A DNA stretch of 64,000 nt from an uncultured bacterium. Its GTDB lineage: Bacteria > DRYD01. Under the pieces are notes generated by a model. That model was not told the DNA's origin. It searched no databases and saw nothing but the letters and a program-made list of their open reading frames with translations. Every line of letters begins with the position of its first letter. Positions within the stretch are counted from its first letter, which is position 1. The translations under genes were made by a program, and so were the position numbers. Below, piece by piece: positions 1 to 8,291 of this stretch. The DNA lies in assembly GCA_937139605.1 (NCBI GenBank), contig CAKZQG010000044.1, positions 22,360 through 86,359 on the forward strand, read 5' to 3'.

Positions 1-243
1 TTCCACTTTTTTCGCCAGCTTCTAAAATATAAGACACATAATTAGGTACTACATTATTTTTCCTTAATGCAACACTTAAAGGTAATTTATTATTAACTAT
101 ATCGTTTTCTATTTTAATAGCAATTTCTTTAAAAACAAAAGAGTTTTTTAAATTGTTTATAATAGTAGTTATAGGCAATCCAGCTTTAATAGAGTCTTTT
201 AAATACTCTAAGAAATTTATTAGTTTTTTTCCTTTTAACATTA
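1..243 (-). CDS. N-terminal fragment (runs off window) of a T2SS/T4P platform-like protein with a T2SSF (GspF/PilC) domain
   Basis: Reverse-strand translation from ATG at 243: MLKGKKLINFLEYLKDSIKAGLPITTIINNL...KLPLSVALRKNNVVPNYVSYILEAGEKSG. This matches the T2SSF domain signature (L..AL...P......I..GE.SG). There is no stop before the window edge. It was not in the ORF track because it is partial. Confidence 0.35.
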
Positions 244-245
244 AT

Positions 246-283
246 AGAAAAAATAGCCCCACTTTTGTTTTAAAAAGTGGAGC
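246..283 (-). terminator. Rho-independent terminator downstream of rplL
   Basis: On the minus strand there is an 11-bp GC-containing stem (GCTCCACTTTT / AAAAGTGGGGC) followed by TATTTTTTCT. It lies about 145 nt after the rplL stop. Confidence 0.5.
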
Positions 284-427
284 CTTTGAAATCTATATTA
301 TAAATACAACCATCAATTATTTCACTTATATAAGTAGAAACTTTATTTTTATGTGTCCCCACATTCCAAAAGCAGTGTTATATTCTTATTACTTTTTAAA
401 CTTAGTATGTTAGAAATAATATAATGT

Positions 428-823
428 TTATTTAATTTCGACTTTAGCGCCAGCTTCTTCTAATTTCTTTTTAATTTGTTCAGCTTCTTCCTTAGTTACT
501 CCTTCTTTTAATGGTTTAGGAACACTTTCTACAAAATCTTTTGCTTCCTTTAGTTGCATATTAGTTAATTCTCTTACAACTTTTAATACATTCAATTTTT
601 TATCAGCTGGGACTTCTTTAACAATAACATCAAAGGAAGTTTTTTCTTCTTTTTCTTCAGCAGCAGCTCCCGGCATTGCCCCCATCATAGCAGGTGCAAA
701 AGCTACCGGTGCACTTGCCTGAACCCCAAACTTATCCTCTATTGATTTTATTAAATCAACCAATTCTAATACAGTCATATTAGAAATAGCTTCTATTATT
801 TGTTCTTTAGTTACAGTACTCAT
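428..823 (-). CDS. rplL: 50S ribosomal protein L7/L12
   Basis: 131 aa. The N-terminus [26 protein letters not shown], an Ala/Glu-rich hinge and the C-terminus [51 protein letters not shown] give an unmistakable L7/L12 pattern. Confidence 0.95.
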   Translation of the reverse strand: MSTVTKEQIIEAISNMTVLELVDLIKSIEDKFGVQASAPVAFAPAMMGAMPGAAAEEKEEKTSFDVIVKEVPADKKLNVLKVVRELTNMQLKEAKDFVESVPKPLKEGVTKEEAEQIKKKLEEAGAKVEIK

Positions 824-855
824 TTTTTAACCCCCTTTGTTTATATGGTTTTTAA

Positions 856-1461
856 TTATTTACCTTCTTTTTTATCCTTAACTGCATTTAAAGCCCAAAC
901 TAATTTATTTAAAATATTTTTTAACACTACAGCAAAATTAGTTACAGGAGCTTTCATAGTTCCAAGTAATTGAGCTAATAATACCTCCTTAGGAGGTAAA
1001 GTAGCTAAAGTTTTAATTTCATTTGCAGATATAACTTTTCCATTAAGAACTCCAAAAACTACTTCCGGAATATCCTCTTTTATATTTTTTTCTTTTTTAA
1101 AATATTGTATAATTTCATTAAGCTTTTTAGCTAAAGCTATTGGATCACTTTTAGTATAATTAATAATTAATGCTCCTCTCATTTTAGGAGCTAAATCTTT
1201 TAGATTACTTTCTTCTAATGCTATTTTCAATATACTATTCCTAATTACTTTAATATCTCCTCCAACTTCTTCTATATCTAAATTATATTTAACTAAATCA
1301 GTAGCTTTTAAAGAAATATTCTCCTTTTGGTATTTTGTAAAAATAACAATCGAAGAATTATTTATAATATCTTTTGCTTTTTCTAGTAGCTTAGATTTTA
1401 GTGGATTAACTTTAGGAGAATAATTACTTTTTATTTGTCTAGGTTTATCTTTTAACATCAT
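856..1461 (-). CDS. rplJ: 50S ribosomal protein L10
   Basis: 201 aa, immediately upstream of rplL in the conserved rplJ-rplL order. L10-like length and composition. A long AT-rich leader (1462-1678) precedes it. Confidence 0.8.
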   Translation of the reverse strand: MMLKDKPRQIKSNYSPKVNPLKSKLLEKAKDIINNSSIVIFTKYQKENISLKATDLVKYNLDIEEVGGDIKVIRNSILKIALEESNLKDLAPKMRGALIINYTKSDPIALAKKLNEIIQYFKKEKNIKEDIPEVVFGVLNGKVISANEIKTLATLPPKEVLLAQLLGTMKAPVTNFAVVLKNILNKLVWALNAVKDKKEGK

Positions 1462-1678
1462 AAATAAATTTCCCCCTTAGAACAAATACTTCAACTTATA
1501 TTATAAATATTCTATTTTTTTAAGCTTTTCCCTTTTATATAAACCAATTTTATATATTTTTAATTTTTATACCTTATTTTATACTTCTATAAGTTTTAAC
1601 ATTTTTTTAAAATTAAATTTAGTTTTAAAGTTAAATTTATTTAAAAAAACTAAAAAATACAAAACCAGGAGGAAAAAT

Positions 1679-1933
1679 ATGGAAATAAAAAACATAATAG
1701 AAAAAATAGAAATTGACATAAACTATGAAGATGAAAACGAAAATATCCCTATACTAATTGGAATGATAACAGGCGGTTTTATTCCTATGTTATTCTTATT
1801 TATTATATCTAAAAACCTAGATAACCTATTATTATTAACCTTAATAATAATATTAGGTCCTATTTTATGTTTTATAACAAGTATAGCAAGTGGAATATTG
1901 TTTAAAAATCTTTATTTAAAAAATAAAAATTAA
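1679..1933 (+). CDS. small hydrophobic (2-TM) hypothetical protein
   Basis: 84 aa. A strong RBS (AGGAGG) sits 8 nt upstream of the ATG. There are two predicted TM stretches. It is one of the few plus-strand genes. Confidence 0.4.
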   Translation: MEIKNIIEKIEIDINYEDENENIPILIGMITGGFIPMLFLFIISKNLDNLLLLTLIIILGPILCFITSIASGILFKNLYLKNKN

Positions 1934-1965
1934 AATAAAAACTAAATTATTAGTTACTAAATTTT

Positions 1966-3150
1966 ATGATTAATAACATTAAAAATAATATTAATAATAC
2001 TAAGAATTGTAATCAGAACTATAATTTTAAAGATTATTTAATAATAGTATATTCTGCAGGTGATAATGATTTAAAAAATGATTTGTTTAATGATTTAGAT
2101 GAAATAGAAGAAGTTGGATCTAATGAAAATATAGATATAGTAGCCATAGCTGATCAAGGGAAAAATGGAACCCAATGGGAAGGTTGTAGAATCCTTCATT
2201 TACAAAAAGATAATGAAAAAGGTAAAATAAATTCTCCAGTAATTAAAGAATACAAAAAAGTAGATATGGCAGATCCCAAATTCTTGGAAGAATCTTTAAC
2301 AGAAGTAATTGAAAAATTTCCAGCTAAAAATATAATGCTGATAATTAGTGATCACGGAAGTGGCTGGGAAGGAGCAATAGTAGATAATGACAATACAAAC
2401 TTTTTAGATGGTTTCAAAATGAGTTTACCTAAATTAAGTAACGCTCTAAAAAACGTAATAAAAAATACCAACAAAAAAATAGATATTATAACATTTGATG
2501 CGTGCTTAATGGGAAGTAGTGAAGTAATGATAGAACTTAAAGATACTACCAACTACATAGTAGCTTCACAACAATTAGTAGGAGCTGAAGGATTACCTTA
2601 TAAAAAAATATTTACTAACTTCTACCCACAACTAATTAATATAATCTCAAATACCATAACCCAAAAGTGCCATAAAAAAGAAAACATAAATTTAAATGAA
2701 GAAATAGTAAAAAATATAATAAAAAATTCTCAAAACTTTCCCTCAATAAGAACTTTATCAGCAATAAACCTAAACAAAACAGATATTTTTATTAAAAAAA
2801 TAGATAATTTAGCTAATGCTATTTTAAAAACTCCCCAAAACTACCAAACAATAAAAGAAATATCCAAAAAAGTTCAGAAATTTAACCAACAAGGTAATAG
2901 AGATCTTATTCATTTCCTAACCTTACTTATAGAAAACCCAGAAATAGATAACAATATAAAAAAACTCTCAAGCGATTTAAAAGAATTTCTAGAAAAAGAA
3001 TATATAATATCATCTTATCATAATGACGAATTCCCAAATGCTTACGGCTTATCTATAATATTAAATAAATTATTATCTTATAAATATAAAGACTTAGAAA
3101 TAAGTAAATCAACATCTTATGATGAGATGCTTGAAAAAATTTTTGGATAA
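1966..3150 (+). CDS. clostripain-like cysteine peptidase (family C11)
   Basis: 394 aa. Motifs are VYSAGDNDL (C11 YMAGDNNL-like), the catalytic His in ISDHGSGWEG and the catalytic Cys in ITFDACLMGS. Confidence 0.7.
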   Translation: MINNIKNNINNTKNCNQNYNFKDYLIIVYSAGDNDLKNDLFNDLDEIEEVGSNENIDIVAIADQGKNGTQWEGCRILHLQKDNEKGKINSPVIKEYKKVDMADPKFLEESLTEVIEKFPAKNIMLIISDHGSGWEGAIVDNDNTNFLDGFKMSLPKLSNALKNVIKNTNKKIDIITFDACLMGSSEVMIELKDTTNYIVASQQLVGAEGLPYKKIFTNFYPQLINIISNTITQKCHKKENINLNEEIVKNIIKNSQNFPSIRTLSAINLNKTDIFIKKIDNLANAILKTPQNYQTIKEISKKVQKFNQQGNRDLIHFLTLLIENPEIDNNIKKLSSDLKEFLEKEYIISSYHNDEFPNAYGLSIILNKLLSYKYKDLEISKSTSYDEMLEKIFG

Positions 3151-3153
3151 ATA

Positions 3154-4143
3154 CTAAGTTATAAAATTGATCACATCTTTTAAAGATGAATAAGGCAAAT
3201 TAATAACTTTAGAATAAATACTTATAGGAGAATACCTAATGGAATTATAACTAAATATTTTATTGGGGTAAAGGGAAATAATTTTTTTAGTTTTAGAAAA
3301 CGCTGCTAAATGACAAGCTCCCGTATCAAAACCTATAAAAACATCCGCTTTATTACATATTAAAACATACTCAATTAAATCTATATTACTTACAATAATT
3401 ATATCATTACTTTGAATATCTTTAAAATTATCTAAATATTTCAATTCCAAAGGTCCAAAAACTAAGAATATTTTTTTCCCTAATTTAATAATCTTTTTTA
3501 ATAAATCATAGTAATCATCTATACTTATTCCATTTAAAAATGACTTATAAGTAATATGTAAGATAATATAACCATTAGGATATTTAAAGTTTTTAAAATA
3601 GTTAAAATTTTCACTATTTAATTTCTCAATTTTTAATTTGAAATTATTAAAATTTTCAAAATCATACAAACTAAGAATATATTTCCTTAAATTATTAGAT
3701 AAATTTATATCAAACAAATTCTCAATTTTTAATATATAAAAAACTAGATTAAAAAGATTAAAAATCTCATGATCTAATACTGGATTTATTTCTTCAAAAA
3801 AAATTGTGTTAGTAAAAAAATTTAAAACTAAATTAGTTAATAACTTATTTTTATAAATAATACTATATTTTCTTTTAGATTTTATAGTTATGATATCTTT
3901 AAAAAATTTAGCAATTGGCCCTAAAAAAATTGTAATATTAAAATTAGTATAATTTAAAACATCTTTATTAATAAATTCAATATTTTTTAAATCCCCCTCA
4001 AATACACTATTTAAAAAATTACTATATTTTGAATAAAAATATATTTCGATTTTATTAGAATTAGTATCATTTAAATATTTTAAAAAGGGAATACAGAATA
4101 AAGAATCTCCTAAACCATCTTCTTTGTATATCAAAATCCTCAT
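3154..4143 (-). CDS. glycosyltransferase family 9 (LPS heptosyltransferase-like)
   Basis: 329 aa. The N-terminus MRILIYKEDGLGDSLFCIPF matches the RILIIR.GALGD motif. The C-terminal FIGFDTGACHLAAF matches the GNDSGPMHLAAA motif of heptosyltransferases. Confidence 0.65.
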   Translation of the reverse strand: MRILIYKEDGLGDSLFCIPFLKYLNDTNSNKIEIYFYSKYSNFLNSVFEGDLKNIEFINKDVLNYTNFNITIFLGPIAKFFKDIITIKSKRKYSIIYKNKLLTNLVLNFFTNTIFFEEINPVLDHEIFNLFNLVFYILKIENLFDINLSNNLRKYILSLYDFENFNNFKLKIEKLNSENFNYFKNFKYPNGYIILHITYKSFLNGISIDDYYDLLKKIIKLGKKIFLVFGPLELKYLDNFKDIQSNDIIIVSNIDLIEYVLICNKADVFIGFDTGACHLAAFSKTKKIISLYPNKIFSYNSIRYSPISIYSKVINLPYSSLKDVINFIT

Positions 4144-4371
4144 GGTAAGTATCTTTACCTATTAAGTAAGTTTCCTAATGGGAATCTGTATGCCTTAATA
4201 TACCGAAGTTCATTTTGACAAAATTTTAAGCTTTATACGAGTTCTAAACTTTCCTTCAATTGCCGCTTAATTTAGAAAGCCCTATTTTGTAGCAATTCAA
4301 GCCATAAAAAATACGTACTCCTTGATACTGTTTGCTAAAATTCAAAAAATAAAATCTTATATTTCAAAGCT

Positions 4372-5361
4372 TTATTGATTATCATTTAAAATATTTTCTA
4401 ATAAATTATATTTAAAAATATATCCCTTAGTTAGTAAAAATTTAGGTTTAACATTCAAACTAACTAATAAACTAAATGGAATCTCATAATATTCTTTCAT
4501 AAATAGTTTTAAAGGAAATTTTATAAAACTTCTTGGAATCTTAATAACTATACTAAAAGGCAATTTTCTATATTTATTTATTAAAAATTTTAAAAACTCA
4601 GAAAACCTTAAAATATTAGGATTAACCACATTAACCGGTTGCTTTACATTATTTAAATTATTCTCTTTTACATAACTAATTAAGAAATCAATAATTAAAG
4701 GGATTTCTTTAGAATATACCCATGGTAAAAACGGATCATCAAAAGTTAATCCAAAACCTAAGTAAGAATTTAATTTAAATAATTTAACAAACAAAGCTTG
4801 TTTATCTAAAACAATACCTAAGCGTAAATTAAAAACATTAGAATTAATAAGCTCATAAGTAACCCTTTCCCATTCAAAGCAAAGTTTTGACATTAATGAA
4901 GAATTTAGAATATTATTTCTATTAAAGTAATCTTCATCTATTTCATTCTCTATATCCTCTAAATTAGAATAATAACCAATAGCAGAAGCACTAAAATAAA
5001 CATATGGTCTAAAATTTATCTCATTAAATAATCTAACTAAATTCCTATTAAATTCTACTCTACTTTTATAAATTTTTTCATACTTGGATTTATTAATATA
5101 TCCAAAGATATTTTCCCCTACAAAATTAAAGATTAAAAATTCTTTATCTTCAATTGAATTAGTATTAATTATTTTATTTATTAAATCTGTATTTAACTCA
5201 GAATATTTTATAATTTCAATATTGTTAGAATTGTTAAAAATGGGATCTAAATTTGATCTTCTGGTAAATAAAAAAATCTTTTTAAAATAATTTAAGTTAG
5301 CGAAATGATTAAATATATTAGAACCAATTAGCCCTGTAAATCCAAAAAAAAATAGATACAT
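4372..5361 (-). CDS. NAD-dependent epimerase/dehydratase-family protein (YfcH/SDR39U1-like)
   Basis: 329 aa. The N-terminal GFTGLIGSNI is a Rossmann GxTGxxG motif. The length and C-terminal extension fit DUF1731-containing epimerase-family proteins. Confidence 0.4.
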   Translation of the reverse strand: MYLFFFGFTGLIGSNIFNHFANLNYFKKIFLFTRRSNLDPIFNNSNNIEIIKYSELNTDLINKIINTNSIEDKEFLIFNFVGENIFGYINKSKYEKIYKSRVEFNRNLVRLFNEINFRPYVYFSASAIGYYSNLEDIENEIDEDYFNRNNILNSSLMSKLCFEWERVTYELINSNVFNLRLGIVLDKQALFVKLFKLNSYLGFGLTFDDPFLPWVYSKEIPLIIDFLISYVKENNLNNVKQPVNVVNPNILRFSEFLKFLINKYRKLPFSIVIKIPRSFIKFPLKLFMKEYYEIPFSLLVSLNVKPKFLLTKGYIFKYNLLENILNDNQ

Positions 5362-5734
5362 TTTTTTATTATTTACAAAGATTTATTATAAAATATTATA
5401 AAAATACTTTTTTCCCTTTTTAAATATTTAGTAAAAATTATTGAAAACGAATTTATTAATAATAATTTTTTAAATCCCTTATTTTAATTTATTTTATTGT
5501 TTTTTTTAAATAATTTTGCAAACTGCCTGTTTAAAGCATGATGGATTTTTTAAGCATTATTTTTTTAAGCATTCCCTAATGCTGTCATTTATTAGCGTAT
5601 GATTTTAAAGCTTAACCTAGAAGCGTTCTATACTTAGGTTCGTTATTTATCATGACAGATACACTTATATCCCAAAATAATTACATTCTCAAGTCTTTAG
5701 CAAATCTTGTTAGATTTAAATTTTAGAGATGAAT

Positions 5735-6805
5735 TTATTTAATACCTAACCAATCGGCTACTTTGGATGTGATTTTTTCACCTACCATAGATCCTCCAGC
5801 GGCTCCAGCTATAGCGATTGCTGCTCCAGCTACAGCACCTATAGTAGTACCAATACCTGGAACCACAGAACCTGCTAATGCACCTGCAGCTGCTCCTGCT
5901 GCAATACCTCCTATTACACCGCCTGTTGTTTCAATAGCTGCTCTTTTTACTGATTTACCTTCATCAATTTTTTCTTTAAAATCAAGTCCAGCTCCAATAG
6001 TAATGGCAATAGGACCAGCTTTCTTGGCTATAGTAGATGCTACTTTACCTATTCCTTTAGCAGAAGCTTTTGAAATACCTTTTTCAGCTACTTCTTTAGA
6101 TACACTTTTTACAGCATCCTTAGCTTTAGAAGATATAACTCTTGGAGCTCTTTTTAGACTTTTAGCAGAATCTATTATTTTATCATCTAATTTGGATAGA
6201 CTTTTTACAGCATCTTTGGCTTTAGAAGATATAACTCTTGGAGCTCTTTTTAGACTTTTAGCAGAATCTATTATTTTATCATCTAATTTAGATATATCTT
6301 TTTTTGCTTCTTCAATAAATTTTTTTGCTTCAGATTTAATAACCTTAGGAGCTTTATTTTTTAATTCTTTAGCTTTAGATAATATTTTATCATCTATATC
6401 AGATAAGGTATCCTTAATTTTACTTTTAGCAAATTTAAAAGCTCCTTTTGACCCCTTTTCTTCAACATGCTTAGCAATTTTTTCTAATTTTTCTCCTTTT
6501 TTTTCAATAGCTTTTTCTATAGCACTTTCTTTTGCTTCTGAGGTTAGATAACTTCCATATTCATTGCCATTATTGTCATTTTTTTCATTTTCTTTTTTAT
6601 TTATATCTAAGGCTTTCTCAAAATTATTCTTTAATTTTTCTTGAATATTAATTTTTTCAGTATTAGATATTTTTAAGTTATTTTGAGTAGTACTTTCTGT
6701 TTTTTTGACATTATTTGAATTATTACTGCTTGATTTATTGACATATGTTTTATCTTGAGGAGAGATTGGATTATTATTTGTAGAATTATTTCTTATTGTG
6801 TTCAT
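5735..6805 (-). CDS. repeat-containing secreted/membrane protein with a C-terminal glycine-zipper hydrophobic tail
   Basis: 356 aa. It has an N/S/T-rich N-terminus and about four 32-aa tandem repeats (KLDDKIIDSAKSLKRAPRVISSKAKDAVKSLS). The C-terminus is GGVIGGIAAGAAAGALAGSVVPGIGTTIGAVAGAAIAIAGAAGG. The antisense ORF 5763..6551 is an artefact of this Gly/Ala-rich coding. Confidence 0.5.
   Translation of the reverse strand: MNTIRNNSTNNNPISPQDKTYVNKSSSNNSNNVKKTESTTQNNLKISNTEKINIQEKLKNNFEKALDINKKENEKNDNNGNEYGSYLTSEAKESAIEKAIEKKGEKLEKIAKHVEEKGSKGAFKFAKSKIKDTLSDIDDKILSKAKELKNKAPKVIKSEAKKFIEEAKKDISKLDDKIIDSAKSLKRAPRVISSKAKDAVKSLSKLDDKIIDSAKSLKRAPRVISSKAKDAVKSVSKEVAEKGISKASAKGIGKVASTIAKKAGPIAITIGAGLDFKEKIDEGKSVKRAAIETTGGVIGGIAAGAAAGALAGSVVPGIGTTIGAVAGAAIAIAGAAGGSMVGEKITSKVADWLGIK
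6103..6296 (-). repeat. near-perfect 96-bp tandem repeat (2 full copies plus degenerate flanking copies) inside the 5735..6805 CDS
   Basis: acagcatccttagctttagaagatataactcttggagctctttttagacttttagcagaatctattattttatcatctaatttgga recurs 96 bp later with two substitutions. Confidence 0.8.
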
Positions 6806-6930
6806 AAATATAGCCCCCCTTTATTAATATAGTTAACCTAATAATTAAATATTCAAAAATAATTAAAATTAAACTATTTTTAGCATTTTTTTAACAATTT
6901 TTTTACAAAATTATTTGAAAATTATATTTA

Positions 6931-8205
6931 TCATATTAAATCATATAATTTTAAAACCTTTTGATCAAGCTCTTTTTGAATATCATTTAATTCTTGTTTT
7001 GCTAATTCTTCTGTTATTTGATTAGAAAACTTTTTCTTTTGTATATCTACAGCTTTATTAAAGATTTCTTCAAATTCTTTAAGCTGTTTAGGCATTGGAA
7101 TAACAATGGGAAGCTGACGAATATCATTCATTTGTAAATTTACTGACGTATTGATGAAAGTTTTCAAGAAATTAAATAAAAGCCTTGAATTAAGCATAGA
7201 AACTAAATATTTATTTGTGGTTAATTGATGTTTAGAGTATAATGACATTGACGCCACATCATTAACTGTTTTTTCTTTTATCCTGCATTTTATAAACATG
7301 CTTTCTTCGTGAATCGGTGTAGACACATTATTCCAACAAAATCCCTCTCTAAAATATAATTGATATCCTTGCCATCTTGCTTTTGGATCTGTTTGTAAAG
7401 ACTTTACATTTTCTTTACTCCAATCTATATAATATACACTCGGAGCCCACCAACGATTACCTTCTTTATCCCCTTTATCATAAGGTACAAAAGTTTTCCC
7501 CCCTTCTATTCCATTTAGTTTTTCATCTTCTGTTAATTTATCAACATCTGCTATCTCATCTTTACTTACTATCCTGTAAATCCAACCTTGTCCAAATATA
7601 TCTCTACCATAATTTTCCTTTAAACTATCAAATAAAGTCCTTATTTCAATTTCTTTTAAATTTTTCAAATAATCAATTACATCTTGCTTAGTTTTTAAGA
7701 AAGAGAGTTCTTTGGGATTTTTATTTTTAATGAATTCTGCTAATTTTTCAGGACGCTCTTTTTTTACTTTTTCAGCCCATTTAGTTCCTTCTAATACTCC
7801 AATATATTTCCCATTATTTCCTGTTGCTAAACCTTGTCCGCCTTCTGTTATTAAACCTAATAAAGTAATATCCCCAGGTTTTAAAGAATTTCTATATTGT
7901 TCTAAATCCTTTTTATACTTTAAAATATTTTTGCTTGTAGATATTTTATCCCACCACTTTTCTATTAATTCTTTTACTTTTTTACCATATTTATTATAAA
8001 TTTTTAGATTAAAATCAGTGGGTATAAAAAAGACATTATTAACCACATTTTTATAAACTTCATCTTTTACTGAATATACTTTTTTATCTTGTAATCCATT
8101 TTTAGCATCTATAAAAGTAATGTAATAATCTGTAGCTTGAGTTTTCTGAATAATTGCTATACAAGTATCAACCATAGCAGCAGAAAATGGATTAGCAGTA
8201 TCCAC
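6931..8205 (-). CDS. C-terminal 424-aa portion of the same methyltransferase (post-motif-V catalytic remainder plus putative target-recognition region)
   Basis: The listed start is GTG with no RBS. Its frame stays open upstream for 86 nt and overlaps the end of ORF 8292..10520 by about 25 nt. The sequence FISSKTFWTIQTKKNLREHIL...LIQLVDTANPFSAAMVDTCIAI continues the MTase fold. Confidence 0.6.
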   Translation of the reverse strand: MDTANPFSAAMVDTCIAIIQKTQATDYYITFIDAKNGLQDKKVYSVKDEVYKNVVNNVFFIPTDFNLKIYNKYGKKVKELIEKWWDKISTSKNILKYKKDLEQYRNSLKPGDITLLGLITEGGQGLATGNNGKYIGVLEGTKWAEKVKKERPEKLAEFIKNKNPKELSFLKTKQDVIDYLKNLKEIEIRTLFDSLKENYGRDIFGQGWIYRIVSKDEIADVDKLTEDEKLNGIEGGKTFVPYDKGDKEGNRWWAPSVYYIDWSKENVKSLQTDPKARWQGYQLYFREGFCWNNVSTPIHEESMFIKCRIKEKTVNDVASMSLYSKHQLTTNKYLVSMLNSRLLFNFLKTFINTSVNLQMNDIRQLPIVIPMPKQLKEFEEIFNKAVDIQKKKFSNQITEELAKQELNDIQKELDQKVLKLYDLI

Positions 8206-8291
8206 TAATTGGATTAGTCTATATTTAAGTATATGTTCTCTTAAATTTTTTTTGGTTTGGATAGTCCAGAAGGTTTTTGAGGATATAAAAG

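Noticed and set aside
153-413. 86-aa plus-strand ORF
   Set aside because: It overlaps the rplL terminator hairpin and is antisense to the T2SSF-domain ORF. It has no RBS and its composition is typical of AT-rich antisense noise.
5763-6551. 262-aa Ala/Pro-rich plus-strand ORF
   Set aside because: It is the antisense reading of the Gly/Ala-rich, repeat-containing minus-strand gene 5735..6805. The Ala/Pro richness is the complement of GGN/GCN codons.
7377-7999. Plus-strand ORFs 7377..7691 and 7712..7999
   Set aside because: They lie wholly inside and antisense to the methyltransferase C-terminal ORF. They have no motifs and no RBS.
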